Shown in pieces: positions 15,778 to 29,045 of a DNA stretch of 64,000 nucleotides. How positions within the stretch are numbered: the stretch's first letter is position 1; each line of letters opens with the position of its first letter. Source of the stretch: the human T2T-CHM13v2.0 reference genome, Homo sapiens; assembly GCF_009914755.1 (NCBI RefSeq), contig NC_060929.1; one strand, written 5' to 3'. Both the position numbers and the translations under genes were made by a program. The notes under the pieces are model-generated. The model was not told the origin of the DNA, made no database searches, and saw only the letters and a list, made by a program, of their open reading frames with translations.

Positions 15778-16101
15778 GGCCGGGCGTGGTGGCTCATGCC
15801 TGTAATCCCAGCACTTTGGGAGGCTGAGGCAGGTGGATCACGAGGTGGGGAGATCGAGACCATTCTGGCCAACATGGTGAAACCCCGTCTCTACTAAAAA
15901 TACAAAAATTAGCTGGGCATGTTGGCATGTGCCTTTAGTCCCAGCTACTCTGGAGACTGAGGCAGGAGAATTGCTTGAACCCGGGAGGTGCAGGTTGTGT
16001 GAGCCGAGATCGCACCACTGCACTCCAGGCTGGTGACAGAGAAAGACTCTGTGAAAAAAAAAAAAAAAAAAAAAAAAGAAAGAAAGAAAAAAGAAAAAAA
16101 A
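15778..16101 (+). mobile_element. AluSc-like with long compound A-rich tail
   Basis: Diagnostic ggatcacgagg and gagatcgagacc; 18-bp TSD AAAACATTAGAA(T/G)AAGGT at 15760-15777 and 16102-16119. Confidence 0.95.
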
Positions 16102-16439
16102 AAAACATTAGAAGAAGGTATAATGTCTCTGGAGTTTTCCTAAGACTTCCTGATATAATAGCCTCTGGGCAGTATGCACGTGCTCAGCTGCAGTTTTCCT
16201 GAATAAACTATGTGTCTTCTTTCAAAGTACTTCTTGTCTCAGACGTGTTTTTTTCCCACTGCTTAAAAATAGAAGCCTAAAGAAGAAATGAGAATGGTTT
16301 GGTAATGAAAGATCAAGGCAGACAGTAATTATTGATGAAGGATGAAAGCTGCAATGGCATGAGAATGCATTTTACCCTTTCCTTATTCCATGGAGCATAA
16401 CTGACTGAGCATAACTTGAAACTCATATTTGTATTTTTC

Positions 16440-16732
16440 TGAAGCTACACTTCCCATAGGCAGCTCTCTGCTTCTGACAGCCACCTTTAGCTGAAGCATT
16501 CCTCACTGGGTTTGCACAACTTTCCTTTGACTTTATGGCAGTCAAAGACACTTCTACCCAACCTGCTCTCCCTCTCTTTCACCTGGGATCCAACTTGCAT
16601 TACAAGCCATGATCCAATGGCTCTCTCAGCTTATCTTGGATTCTTCCCTGTTTCCTTGTATGTGGGCATTTTCCTAATAAAATCTCTGCACATCCCTCTT
16701 TGCCTCTTCTTCTTAGAAGATCCAGACTAACA
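16440..16732 (+). mobile_element. LTR16-family (ERVL) LTR, 3' part
   Basis: ttcctaataaaatctctgcac...cttcttagaagatccagactaaca is an LTR16-type 3' end with poly(A) signal. Confidence 0.6.
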
Positions 16733-19700
16733 AAAGTTCAGGCTTAATATTATCCTGTGAACTATCACTTGCAATGAGTACAACATTAACACATCACTAA
16801 TTTCCACAAAGGTCAGCTCTAATAAGTCTTCCCTTAAAATTTCTATGAAATAAGAAAGGGGACTTAGCAACCAAGAAGCTGAGAATTGGGATGTTGGAGA
16901 GATCAAGGGGCTTGGACCCCTTTTAAGTGTTATTTCCGTAGGGTAATCAGGGGAACCTGAATTCTATTCCTAGAGGCCTTTAAGAGAAGAATCTATACAG
17001 GAAATAGCAGCAAGTGAGTAATAATATACCACTTGATTATTTATTGTATTTATTATTGGGTGGCTCAAACCTAATGAAGAGTTTTCTAGTAAGCTTGGCT
17101 AGGCTGAGCTGGATTAGGCCAGGCTTGAGCACCCAACCTAGCCCAAAGGCCTAGTAGGCTCTTCAAAATCTTTAACTCAAACCTAAATTCCAGAATCTAC
17201 CTACCCTCAGCCAGACACATGGGACAGAGGTCAAAGGCAAAATAATACCTAAGCCTGTGTGTTTGAAGACAAGAGAGATTAAGATGGTGGGTCTCTTCCC
17301 ATGTGGGAATGGACTCTGGCTTCCCTGACCACCTAAGCCACAGGAGGAAGGAAAGAGGTCATCCATCAGGATGTTTACGCTGACACCACCCATTTTAGAG
17401 AGCATGACCTAATCAGATTCTTGGAAACCAATGCAATCAGATTATTATTCCCTCATCTTAGAGGAATCAAAAGGAAGAGAGTATTGAGGGAAGGAAGATA
17501 ATATTTACCCTCCTCGGAGAGCATTCCTAGATCCTTACTAAAATGCACATTAATCACTTAGGAGCTTGGTGTGTGTGTGTGAAGGGGTCTTATAGGAGGC
17601 AATCTCTTCCCTTAAGGAGTGAAATTCAATTGGAAAATGAGAAAGACATATACAGAGAAATCAGATAACGTTTCAGTTCTTGGCTCTGTAGTTCTGAACA
17701 ATAGGATAGATGGGATCAATATGAGCTGGGCTGACAAGCATGAGCTTTTAAGAAGAGTCCAAATCTTGTAAAGTTTTGTAGGCTCCTTGGTTTTCTTATG
17801 TAATAATCTTACAGGGCAAGTCCTCGTGAAGATTAAATGAGATAAAACATAGTGCCCAGCACTCATGAGAGATGGCAAGTTGGCAGTGAATGCTGGCCAA
17901 TTTCCAGGATAGGTGAAGGGGTGGGGTGACTCCGGATGAGAAAAGCAGCAGCCGCAGAGATGTATGTAGGGACCACAGGGAGACCACTTGGCCAGAGAGA
18001 GGCGAGCACTTTGCAAGATTGTGGGGAGTCAGGCAGTATGCTTTCATAGGCCTAGGGAAAAAGAGCCATCCAAGGCAGCTGGCTGGCACTCCAACTTAAC
18101 GCAGAAAGAAATTGACTGAGAAGTAGAAAGTGGCAATTGGAGGTGGGTGCTTACATACTTAAATACCCGAGAACAGTTGGGTAAAAGGGTTCAGCTGGAC
18201 TTTTCTTGTCAGAAATGAGGCTGCATTCTTCCTCCTCTAGGGTCCTACAAATAGGATCAACAGCATAAAAGAGAAGATTGCCTTTTCTCACTTCAAGCAA
18301 TCAAGGATGCTATTACAGAAACTTGCAGAAGGCCAAGCAGAGGGTTTGCCTGTTGCAATACCAATTGTTTGCAGAATTGTATTAATATTCCATAGCTATC
18401 GCTACATTTTCAAATAAGATAGGTAAAGAAATTAAATGCAAAGTGACAGTGTGGAGCCCTATTGAAAAAGTTATTTCTCAAACATTTACAATTTACATTT
18501 TTTTAATCAATCACGACAAACCCAGATAAAAACATTTGGCCTCTAATGTACATTCCATTCTAATTATAAAATGACCAATCTACTTTCTAAGCTGTTTGAT
18601 CTGTACCTGTATTTACATCTTCCCCTTGCCTGTTGCTTCCAACAGACATCTAAGATTGTCTGGGTTTTGGACCTGCCTACACAGATGCAATTTTTGATGT
18701 CATTTTCACATAAAGTTAAATACCTCTGGATCCTTGTAGCCTTTTTCCTCCATTGGTTTCATTATCCCAGACTCAACACGCACGACTCTCTGTCTTTATT
18801 AAGATATTTTGGTTTCTCCTGGAAAATAAAAAGTGCATGTAATCTAGCCCATTGTGGTTTTAATCACAGCAAAAATGATAACAGGATTTGCTCACAGCTT
18901 CATTTAAACATCCTTGTGAATAAGCACCCCCTCCCCCGAGATTCATTCCAGCCAAGGAACACAGGCCATAAGCACTGGTCAGTTTCCCATCACCCTGGTT
19001 CTGGTCTGGTGGAGAGAGTGAAATATTCAGGTACTCATGACTTCTCTGCTTTCCAGTATATTCTGTCTCAATCTAATTCTAAGTAAGCTTAACAACTCCA
19101 GAAAACTCTGTTTTTGTGGCTAAAATTGAGTGTCAGTATTCTTTCCTACCTATCCTAGGCTAAAGCCCAAACACCACTCCCTTCTTGCAACCACAGATGC
19201 TCCTGAGCTGAGAGAATAACAGAGGAGCCCATGGACTCATTGTTCCTGCATGCTCATGCATGGCGTAATAGAGATATAAAGGTTGGCACAGAATGTTGTA
19301 TGGAGGGTGTTTCTAGGGTCCATCCACAGCAGGCATCAGAATGGCTAGGAATAACCATGCACTGGTGTTGCTCAATAATTTGCTTTCCCAGTGCTAATGA
19401 GGAAGGAAGAAGCTGTGCGTGATGGGGCTTTGTGGTTGCTATGAGGAGTGTGTCGCTTGATCTGATTACTAATGATATCTCAGGCTTATCATAGCTTCTC
19501 TGAGCAACCAAACAGGCTTATGAAGGGCTTTCCACAACCTCAGAAGTTCCTAGCAGAGAAAATCCATGTCCAGGAGCAGCTGCATGGAGAGGAAAAGAGG
19601 AAAAGAAATGCAGAGAAAAAAGGAGGGCATGGAAAATAAGAGTAAGAACAGAGAAAAGGGAGGAAAAGGAGAGGAGAAAAAGATGTGTGTTTAGGGAAGG

Positions 19701-20274
19701 CTACAGTCTGTGGCTGTAGCCTTAGCTTGTCTGGACTCCTAAATTAAATGGACATAGGGATCTCTGCCCTCATTTTCCAGGAAAAGTTTGATTTCATATC
19801 ATGTTCCTTATTGTCAGACTGTGGATCTTCAATTTAGATTCACAAAAGTAGCCATCCTGAGGAAAGTACATACAAATAAATGCCCTCCAAATTACATGAG
19901 CTTTACAGACATATTTAACAATCAACTTCTGATCCTGGTAAGCATATTGAATGTAGCCTATTATTGAGAGCAATGAGTTATGTACATTACAATAAACAGT
20001 ATTAGCTTTAGTGATTGCTTCTCTGAATTAATCATGGCCAGCAGGGATTTCTTGGAACTAACTTTTGTTTTATTCACGTGTTTTTTTTTTTTTTTCAGGG
20101 TTGGGGGTGGCGGGGTACTGTGTGTGCTGTATTTAGCTGGCATTTGTAAAATGCTGGTACTATTGTCGAAGTCAGGTATCTAATTAGATTGGGCAATTAC
20201 TGGCATTTAGCTATTGGGTGGTTTTGGTTTTAATTTTAATCCAGTAGATGCCATTTAAAGGGTAACATTAAAAA

Positions 20275-20449
20275 AAAACTTTTACAGAATGAATAAATGG
20301 TTATTGTAGAAAATTTTCAACATATAGGACAAAGGAGAAAATAAATATTACCAGTAATCTACTCAAGAATAATGACTAATAACATTTTGGATTTCTATTT
20401 GTAACCTAGTCTTTTCTTCCACAGTGCAGGTGAGTGAGTGTGTGTATAG

Positions 20450-20485
<36 letters not shown>

Positions 20486-20915
20486 TCCATGGCTATAAAA
20501 ATTGAGATCACATTCCTACATACTATTATTTTGTGAGCTGGGGTTTTTCCACTTAACATTGTCATGAATTCGTTTTCATATCATTAACTTTGTCTTCTGT
20601 AGTATATTATCTAATAGGTGTATTTTATTTTATACTAAAGATACATTACAATTGATTGAACAGTTCTCTGTTATTTGATATTAGCCAATTCTCAGATTTT
20701 GTTTAAAAAATCCTGATATAAATATCCCAATCCATCAACTTGAGGTTACAACTGTAATGATTTCCTTAGAGAAAATGCCTGTAAACTGAACTTTCTGAGT
20801 CAAAGAGTAAGAGCATTTTAGCGGATTCTGATGTGTATTGTCTAATTACTCTCCAGACTCAAAAGCAGTGTGAGTAATGCCTGTCCACTGAGCCTTTGCC
20901 AACACTGAATATTGA
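20275..20915 (-). mobile_element. Old L1ME fragment
   Basis: Degraded reverse L1M 3' text (tttccttagagaaaatgcct...gagtcaaagagtaagagcatttt). Confidence 0.6.
20451..20478. repeat. (TG)14 microsatellite
   Basis: Seen directly. Confidence 0.97.
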
Positions 20916-20979
20916 CTATTAGTACATTTCAAGTTCTTATTGAAGCTGTATTGATGACATCATACTCATGAGTTATAAA

Positions 20980-21225
20980 ATAATAACAGCTATACACTGA
21001 GCCCTTCCTAAGGCCAGATCCTATGGTGTGCACTTTACACATAACCCTCTTTCTTAAAACTCCCAATAATTGTAGGAGGTGGTGTTATATTATCTTTTTT
21101 TTCAGATGAGAATATGAAGATAAGGATGATTAAGTAACTTACCCAAACTCTCACAACTAATAAGTAGAAAGTGAAACCAGGATTGTCTAATTTCAACACT
21201 TGAGTTTTTACTGACAAAATCATCT
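20980..21225 (-). mobile_element. MIR
   Basis: ttttcagatgagaatatgaag...attaagtaacttacccaaactctcacaactaataagt. Confidence 0.75.
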
Positions 21226-21279
21226 GCTTCAGTAGTGGCTACATCCTAAAACTTTAAGTTTGCAGATGCTATATAACTT

Positions 21280-21710
21280 CTACCTTAGGTTGGTTCCCCA
21301 GAAAGGGACTCTGAGATTTTGAGACTGACATGCAGGAGGATTACTGGGGAGTGCTCTTGAAAATAGCCCTATAGGTGGGGGCAGGGGCAGAAAAGCCAGA
21401 TGGGCAGAGGGAGAAGTTGAATAGCAAAGCAGCTGTGGCAAAGCCTGAAGTCAATTCCACAGTGAATCTTGCAGCTGGGGTGGCAATTCGAGTGTCCTGT
21501 GCTGGGGCAAGAAGTCTGGACCTTTGCAACTGATTGAATGTGAGCTGTGCCAGATCATGGCTTAACTTCAGGTGAGTCAGCTCCATTAAGCCAAAGAGAA
21601 TTCCCAGAGACTCAGCTGTGAGCTGTCATGCAGGGACTCCCCCAGAAGCCAGGGGAATGAGCGCCTGGGTACTGAAGGAGGGTCTGGGCAGCACAGCATA
21701 ACCACCACTG
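21280..21710 (-). mobile_element. LTR16C/LTR33-family (ERVL) LTR
   Basis: Minus strand starts gtggtggttatgctgtgctgcccagaccctccttcagtacccaggcgctcattcccc; the other end reads ggttccccagaaagggactctgaga. Confidence 0.7.
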
Positions 21711-21984
21711 AAAACTCCACAACAGCTTTTCCGGGAACTGACATCATGAATCCAGCACAGGTCCAAATTCTTGCCTGTCTTTAGTCCTGTTAGGATAATT
21801 CTACCTTTCTGATGAGTTTTGGCTCCCTTTCTAAGGACTAGCTGGGAAAAGTCATTGTCTGAGGCCTGAGGCATATTCAGCTTTAGAACATTGGTGATGG
21901 GACTGGGGGAAAAGTATAGAGGCTGTGGCCAAAGGAAACCAAGGAGGACACTGTTCATTAGCTGGTAATGACACAAAGGTTCCT

Positions 21985-22500
21985 GTAGGCGATGACTTCT
22001 GTAGTGCCGTGCCAATAATCCTCTTTCACATCAGGAATCTCCCCAAACCCACTTTCAGTCCACGTGGTTCTGATGGAGCTAACCCTCCCCTCAACCCTAG
22101 GAAAGGGCGCAGGACCAAATGCTCCTGACCATAGTGATTGGGTAAAGGACAAACAGATGACTTCTCCAACCAATGGGAGTTTTGGGAAAGAGAGTCTCTT
22201 TCTCCAGGAGCTACTGAATATAGGCCTTGAGAGGCTGGTGGCTATCCTCGCCTTCACTTGGAGAGAAGACACTTGGAGAAACTGGAGGGAAAGAGACACA
22301 GAGAGAGATAAAAACAAAGAGGCACAAACACAGAGACAAAGACAGAGAGACACCGAGTTTGGCAACATGGCTTCAGCGCTTGAATTCAGAAAAGCGTTAA
22401 TCAGGCTTTTCAATTACCTGAGAAAATAACTTCCTTTTTCTCCCTCTTAAGACTGTTTGAGTTGGTTATGACCTTTGGTTTTGAAATAGTTCTGACGACA
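21985..22500 (+). mobile_element. MLT1K-like MaLR LTR
   Basis: cccactttcagtccacgtggttctgatggagctaacc...gaccatagtgattgg...ttaagactgtttgagttgg. Confidence 0.65.
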
Positions 22501-23206
22501 ACAGAGATGGCTAAAGAGCTCAAACACCAGAGAACAGGGCTTCTTGGCCACCAGCAGCAGGTGGGAGGGTTTAACAACCATGAGCAGCACAGAAGGCTGT
22601 CCTGAGGACCAGAGAGGAGACAGGGCCTTCCCGGGATTGCACAGGTGTTGGAAAAATTCAGTCAGAAGGCATACCTCCTGGCAGACCTCCCAAATGCAGA
22701 GAAGCGGGTTAAATATACACTGACCTTCTCAAAAATATTTATTTAATAACCTAGGTATTGATGGATGGTTGGGTGACATGGACTCCAGTATGTGCCATGA
22801 AGGATACGAAGATGAAGCTGTCATGAACTCTGCTCTCGAGAAGCTACTGTCAAAGTTTGTTTTTTTTAAACTTGATATATTTGAGGTAGAATTGACAAGA
22901 TTTTAGTATTGATGAAATAAGATAAAAGGGATGGTGAAATTAATGATGACTTTAGCCAAAATAATTAATTCAGGTGGGGAGGAGAGAAGGGGATTGACTG
23001 AATTCTAGTTGACTGAGGCTTACTCATAGTGGGAAGAGCTGTGAGCCATGTACTGTTTTATTTATTGTTTTGTTTTCGGGTTTTGTTTTTCAATACCAAA
23101 AGTGGATATTCATGGAGTCTGAGAAGCTAGGATTAGAAATGCAGTATGTGACAGCAGAATGGCAATGTCATAAACCGTCACTGTGCTAGGTTCTAGAAAT
23201 AAAATA

Positions 23207-23794
23207 TAGTTGATCCTTGAACAACACAGATTTGAAGTGCCTGGGTCCACTTACATGCAGATTTTCATCCACTTCTGCCATCCCTGATACAGCAAGAACA
23301 ACACCTCCTCTTTCTTCTCCTCCTCAGCCTTCTCAATGTGAACACCACAAGGATGAAGACCTTTATAATGATCCATCTCCACTTAATTAAGAATAAATAT
23401 TTTTTCTCTTACTCATGATTTTATTAATGGTATTTTCTTTTCTCTAGCTTACTTTATTATAAAAATACAGTATATAATACATATAGCACACAAAATATGT
23501 GTTGATCGACTATTTATGTTATTGATAAGGCTTCCGGTCAAAAGTAGGCTAATAGTAGCTACATTTTTTGGCAAATCAAAGGCTAATTACTTGGATCTGA
23601 TCACTATACATTATGTATATCACAACATCACTATGTGCCCCATAAATATGTACAATTATTGTGTTTATTTAAAATTTGGAAAATAAAAAGTTACAAAACA
23701 TTTTTTTAAAATTTAAAATTTAAAAGTTCTATGTGGATTTTTGAGTGCATGGGTAAGTTGTCACCCCTAACCCCCGTGGTTCCAGGATCAACTG
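23207..23794 (+). mobile_element. Tigger2a DNA transposon, interrupted by an L1 3' fragment
   Basis: TIRs tagttgatccttgaacaacac / gtggttccaggatcaactg; TA duplications at 23205-23206 and 23795-23796; internal gatgaagacctttataatgatcca. Confidence 0.9.
23582..23722 (+). mobile_element. Short L1MA 3' end inserted in Tigger2a
   Basis: gctaattacttggatctgatcactatacattatgtat...ccccataaatatgtacaattat followed by an A/T-rich tail. Confidence 0.8.
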
Positions 23795-25104
23795 TAGTGT
23801 GTATTCTTACTGACTCAAAATTCTTTATATTTATCTGCTTCTCCACCACTCGCCACTTCAAATGAACAATTAACTTGTCAAAGATTATTTTCCTCAATAC
23901 ACAACTTCCTATTTCTCACTCTCCCTCATCTCCTCTTTCTTTCTTCTTGCCTCTTATTAAAACCCAAAAGTTGATAAGAAAGTGGAATTAAAGATAGAAT
24001 TTGTGTATAAACAGACTTAACTGTAGTGTTCATTCTTTTCCATTTCCTAAATTGTCCAATTTCACCAGACAATGACCTCAATCTAGCCTAGAATAATAAA
24101 AACAATTACCAGCTACTCTATTGCATGAATAAGCCCTAGTTTTACTTTGCAAGCATCCCATTAAGTGTTTGCTGGATTTTTCTATTTTCCTTCTCTATGT
24201 CAGAGTCAAGGCAAGCATCACAAGCCAAGTAGCCACCCTGCTAACTGGAAGGTAAAAGAAGAGCCAGGGGAGGGAAACAGACTCAGAGACTATCAATTTT
24301 CCCTGAACTAGAACAACCTATTCTTATCAGAGAAGATGAGCATCACTTAACATTTGACAAACCACTGTCCCCAGAGTGCATTACCATGGTAATCCAGGGC
24401 TGCAGAGAATAAAGCATCTGAATCAGTCCCATTTGATGGTCATTGGTCACATCATGTGCCATCTTACACTCACTGAATGCCTACTATGTGCAAAGTCTGT
24501 AGTGAACCTTATCATTACTGAATAGAATTTGGATAAAACTCTACCACCTCTTTCAATTCAAAATGTACCTTAGAGATAAGTTTGGGAAAAAGGTAATTCT
24601 ATTCCCCTGCCCTGAAATTATTTATATTTGTATACATTTGTAAGGGGACCCAACATACATCAAACTCAGTCTGATGCTTCAGACAGGTTCATGTTGGCGC
24701 ACTCCACAGGGATGTGTTCAAAATGCCAGCATGGACACATGAACAGCAACAGACACATATTCAATCGACTACACAACCAGAGAAAATGCTGGAGAAAAAC
24801 CAAGCTAAAAGTATCCTTCCAAGTCAGGGACATAATACTCACAGATAGACCCATCAGCCAATCTGTCTTTTGACATGGAATTGGGAAGGAAACTGAAATT
24901 GGATACATGCCACAAACCTCAAAAAAACCTGGAAAAGAACAGGGTGACACTTGGCAAACAATAACCCTGCTTTCAGATAAATGCACAGAACTGTGCCTAG
25001 ATTACCCTTCCTCATCTCCAGCTTTTGGGTTCTGACTCATCCTCCATCATCAGAAATTCTCAGCAGGAGCTCTAGACCTATGAGAGTCTTGCCAAATATT
25101 AATA

Positions 25105-25335
25105 TTCAATGTTTTTTGAGGATTCCCTATCAACCTGACACTCTGCTGAAAACTTTATAAGAATGATCTAACTTAAACCATCCAACAACTTTGTGATATA
25201 GTTCGTAACTAATCCCATTTTAAAAAGGGAAAACTGAGGCTTAGAGAGGTTAATTAACTTGAGCAGGGTCACACTGCTGTGAGGCGGTAGATCCAAGCAG
25301 GCTGGCCCCAGAGCCTATCGTCTTATCAGCTCTGC
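25105..25335 (-). mobile_element. MIR
   Basis: cccattttaaaaagggaaaactgaggcttagagaggttaattaacttgagcagggtcacac. Confidence 0.8.
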
Positions 25336-25635
25336 TTAGCTGCCTTAATGTGGTCACACACCCTGGAAAAATACCCTGGCTGCTCTAGCTGGCAACAAGA
25401 ACTAGGGAAAACTCTCTACATAGTCTCTAGGGCCCACACAGAAACAATTTTCCTGGGCTGTGCTTTAATATTGCTCCCTCTGCTTTGCCAGAATGTGAAT
25501 GAGAGAATACCCTGGGTGAACCATGCACTTGTATCATTTGTGGAAATGTGGTGAAAGGTATGTGTTCCCTGCTATTCACTAATCTAATACAAGGATTGAG
25601 TCAATTCATTTCTAAATAGTTTCACAGATTAATTT

Positions 25636-25870
25636 GGAGGCAATGTGTCTTAGTGGTAAAGAACACGACCTTGGGTCAGCCTGCCTGGAACAGGTAGCAA
25701 CCCCACCTCCTACCGCTAACCTGCCTGAACGTCAGGTCCTTCATTTGTAAAGTAAAGATAACTATAGTTCTCAATTAATATGACTGTTGTGAAAATGGAA
25801 TTAAAGCACTTAGAGGTATGCTGGGCATACTTCTAAGTATAAGCCCCCAGCAATCATTAGCTGTTAAGAT
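25636..25870 (+). mobile_element. MIR
   Basis: ttagtggtaaagaacacg...tcatttgtaaagtaaagataac...aaagcacttag. Confidence 0.7.
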
Positions 25871-25902
25871 TATTTCTCAGCTTGCTGTTTTCAGAAGGTA
25901 AG

Positions 25903-26258
25903 TGCAGTCCCAAAATCCCTTATCTAAAATTCTTGTTGCCAGGTGTGCTTTGGAATGGGAAATTTGGGGGATTTTAGAAGGTAAAGGGAATCTGTACTAT
26001 GGACACCCTATGATGAAACTTCCTCAGTACGGTCTAGGTCAGTACACAGGATTATTTCTGCACCAAAGAGTATGACTTTTTACTCTAAGTGAGATTAATA
26101 GAGAAACTAAGAAGCTTCATGTCAGTTTTTGTGGTCTGGTGAGTTTCCCTGACACTCCCAACAAGTAAGTGGATAAATAAATAAGTGCATAAATAAATAA
26201 ATAGGCTCCTTTCCAGAACTTTTTACACTTCAGAATTGTGAACAAGAGACTGTGGATT
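25903..26258. mobile_element. MER46C-like Tigger-family DNA transposon
   Basis: TIR-like ends gtcccaaaatcccttatcta ... gaacaagagactgtgga. Confidence 0.65.
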
Positions 26259-26286
26259 CCAGCTACAGGACAAAAATTTCACTGAG

Positions 26287-26475
26287 TGTATTAGTCCATT
26301 TTCACACTGCTATAAAGATATTTCCTGAGACTGGGTAATTTATAAACAAAAGAGGTTTAATTGACTCACAGTTCCTCATGGCTAGGGAGGCCTCAGGAAA
26401 CTTACAATCATGGCAGAAGGCAAAGGGGAAACAAACACCTTCTTCACAAGGCAGCAGGAGAGAGAGAGAGGGGAA

Positions 26476-26511
<36 letters not shown>

Positions 26512-26694
26512 TTCAAGGGAAACTGCCACTTTTAAAACCATCAGATCTTGTGAGAAAGCCCTCACTATCATGAGAACAGCATGGGGGAAATTGCCTCCAT
26601 GATCCAATCACCTCCCACCAGGTTCCTCCCTCGACTTGTGGGGATTACAATTTGAGATGAGATTTGGTTGGGGACACAGAACCAAACTATATCA
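26287..26694 (-). mobile_element. MSTA/THE1D-type MaLR solo LTR with internal (GA)n
   Basis: tgtattagtccattttcacactgctataaag...gggacacagaaccaaactatatca; 5-bp TSD CTGAG/CTGGG. Confidence 0.9.
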
Positions 26695-26759
26695 CTGGGC
26701 ATCCAAACCCACTCCCAGCTTCAGTTATCTCCTAGCTGGAATGAATCCCTTATCAGCAC

Positions 26760-27480
26760 TTCTAAGATTCATGCATCCCTACATGACCAGCTGCAGGAAA
26801 GACAACTCTTTGACACTTCCTACTGGCACCCCTGACCTGACTCATCACGTCTTCCCCAGCAGACCTGCTGCACCTCTTGAGGAATGTCATCCCAGGTTGC
26901 AATCACCTTGAGATCCCACCTCTCCAGCCATCGAAAGCCCCACACACTCAAGACTGTATACCTGGGCCTTACTGTATCCAGTGTGGATTCCTGAGGGGTG
27001 CTCAGACCTATTGCTGACTCTTTCTGTTCTCTAAGTCCCTCCCACATTGTCTGTACTCATTGATGGGGACCCTCATTACTGTCCTAATTGGCAGTCCCAG
27101 CCTGCCCGGTTTACACAAGTTGCTAGGTTGATCTCCCCACTGTGCTGTTGAGATTATGGCCCTCTAAACTTCAATAATCCATGTTGCATTCAGGAGGCTC
27201 CTACCTTGCTAGCCAGCATTTGAACACCTCTATAACCTCCTCTCAGCTTCCCCTTCCAGCCTCGTCTGCCCCCGCTTCACCATACCTAAGGACTCACTGT
27301 CTGTCACAGGCCTCTGCAGCTATCTCTGTGGGCTTCTGTGTATCTTGCACTGTGCCTAGAGTACCCTTTTCCATCTCCACCTTTTGGATTCTTACTCTTC
27401 CTCCAAGGGTGGAGAGAAATTGCTTTCTTTCTTGAAGATTGCTTTGATTGTTCCCGCAAGAAGTGTTCCTCTCCTCTTCT
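26760..27480 (+). mobile_element. Degraded L2 fragments
   Basis: gactcatcacgtcttccccagcagacctgctgcacct..., ctgtgcctagagtaccctttt..., ttcttgaagattgctttgatt resemble the L2 3' region. Confidence 0.5.
26934..27002 (-). repeat. Left arm of a 69-bp inverted repeat (partner 29046-29114)
   Basis: 64/69 identical to the reverse complement of 29046-29114 by hand alignment; both ORF tracks give STPQxSTLDTVRPRYTVLSVWGF. Confidence 0.95.
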
Positions 27481-27544
27481 GAGGTTATTTAGTTATTGTT
27501 TCCCTTATATTCCAGCTCTTCTCCTCCTCATGGCTATTTGTAGG

Positions 27545-27790
27545 GAGGCTGTGTAGCATCATGGTCAAGAGTGCAGGCACACTGCCTGGATCCCAATTCT
27601 GCTTCTCACATTTGTTAATGGGAAGCCTCTTTATAAGCCTCAGTTTCCTTATCTGTAAAGTGGGGAAACCAAAATTACCTCCCTCATCAGGTGGTCTTTA
27701 GAGCACTCACTGATTTGCTGCATTTAGCAGAATGTCTGGGCTACAGTGAGTGTTTGACAAATGTCTGAGATCATTTTCATCATTCTTATT
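27545..27790 (+). mobile_element. MIR
   Basis: gcctcagtttccttatctgtaaagtgggga core. Confidence 0.8.
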
Positions 27791-29045
27791 ATTCTGTACA
27801 TTATACCATGAGCTCCCCAATGGAAGAAACAGCTTAAGTTCATTGTTCAAATCTTCCACACTGTTTTTCATAACCCCTCACACTCTATGGGTGTAATAAA
27901 CATTTGTCCAATGGAATTCTTATACTGTTATACTCCACCTTAATATTTAAGTAGCCTCAAGTCTTTTATGGAGCAAATGTTTTGGAAACTCAAAATAATG
28001 AAAAAGTGTATCCAAAGGAATAAGATTAGGTTCACAGATATAACCTTAGTATTTTTATTCAAATACATAAAAGTTACAAGGCAATATATCCATTTATTTG
28101 AATAGCTCAACCTAAATAAAATTTGGAAAAGTATGTATCCATCAGTGCTATTGAGGAATAGTGGTATGAGTAATAAATGAGGAATAAATCAGTCTGGGGT
28201 ATGAGAGAAGGACCATCTGGCAGAGGCAATGGGAAGCTTCATTAAAGCTGTTAAGCCCCAGATACTAGGTCAAAAACAGAGGGATTTGTTTTGAGCTCTC
28301 TAAAACTGCAAGTATGCATAATTGCACTGTGTAATCCAGCAAACCTTTGCCCCTTCCGAGGTGCTCTGCTGCTAATCCTGCCACTGTTGCAGATGTTTCC
28401 CTTCATCTCAAAGCTTCTCCTGTGAGTTAAAGTGAGCCACAGTGGCTGAGGGCATCCTGACAGCTGTGCTGGTGTGGTTAGGGCTTTCTTAGTGGAAGCA
28501 ATGCTGGAACAGGATTTATTGTGAATAGGCCCCCTTTTGTAGGCCACCCCAGGGAAACTCACGTGCATGATGTGTGATTTTCTTACCTGCTGCTAAGACT
28601 GAGAATTCACAAGGGAGTATCAGCATCCCTGGCGGTTGTGAGCAACCTGACTTGAGGCACATCTGTTGGGGACCCCATCCTGTCCAAGTGTCTGGATTCC
28701 TGTCATAGCAAAGCAGAGGAGATAAAGGCCTCTCATTTCACTGGAATTGAATGCCTTTGCCACCAATCCCTCTACCACAGTCCTGCAGTATCTGATCAGA
28801 CCACCTCCTATGGTGACGGTGGGAGATCCAGCTGGGGAGATGAGGGCTGAGGCATAACAGAGACAAAAACATAGAAAAACTGCGTCTAATCCAAGTTATC
28901 AGATTTAAGGGAAAAAATGCCTTTTACAATTACAGCGTTTTCAGGCATACAGTTGAGCTGCAATGTGAACTCAACAGCATGACAGATAGAGTAGAGAGAG
29001 TCAGGCTTCATTTATTTCCAGTCCTGGAAGTAGGTGGGCACTGCC

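Noticed and set aside
18571-19086. 171-aa ATG-initiated ORF in unique sequence
   Set aside because: No recognisable domain, composition typical of random AT-rich DNA, and no splice or codon evidence; a length reachable by chance in 64 kb.
19697-19723. 10-bp hairpin aaggctacag/ctgtagcctt
   Set aside because: Short and compatible with chance in 64 kb; no supporting context.
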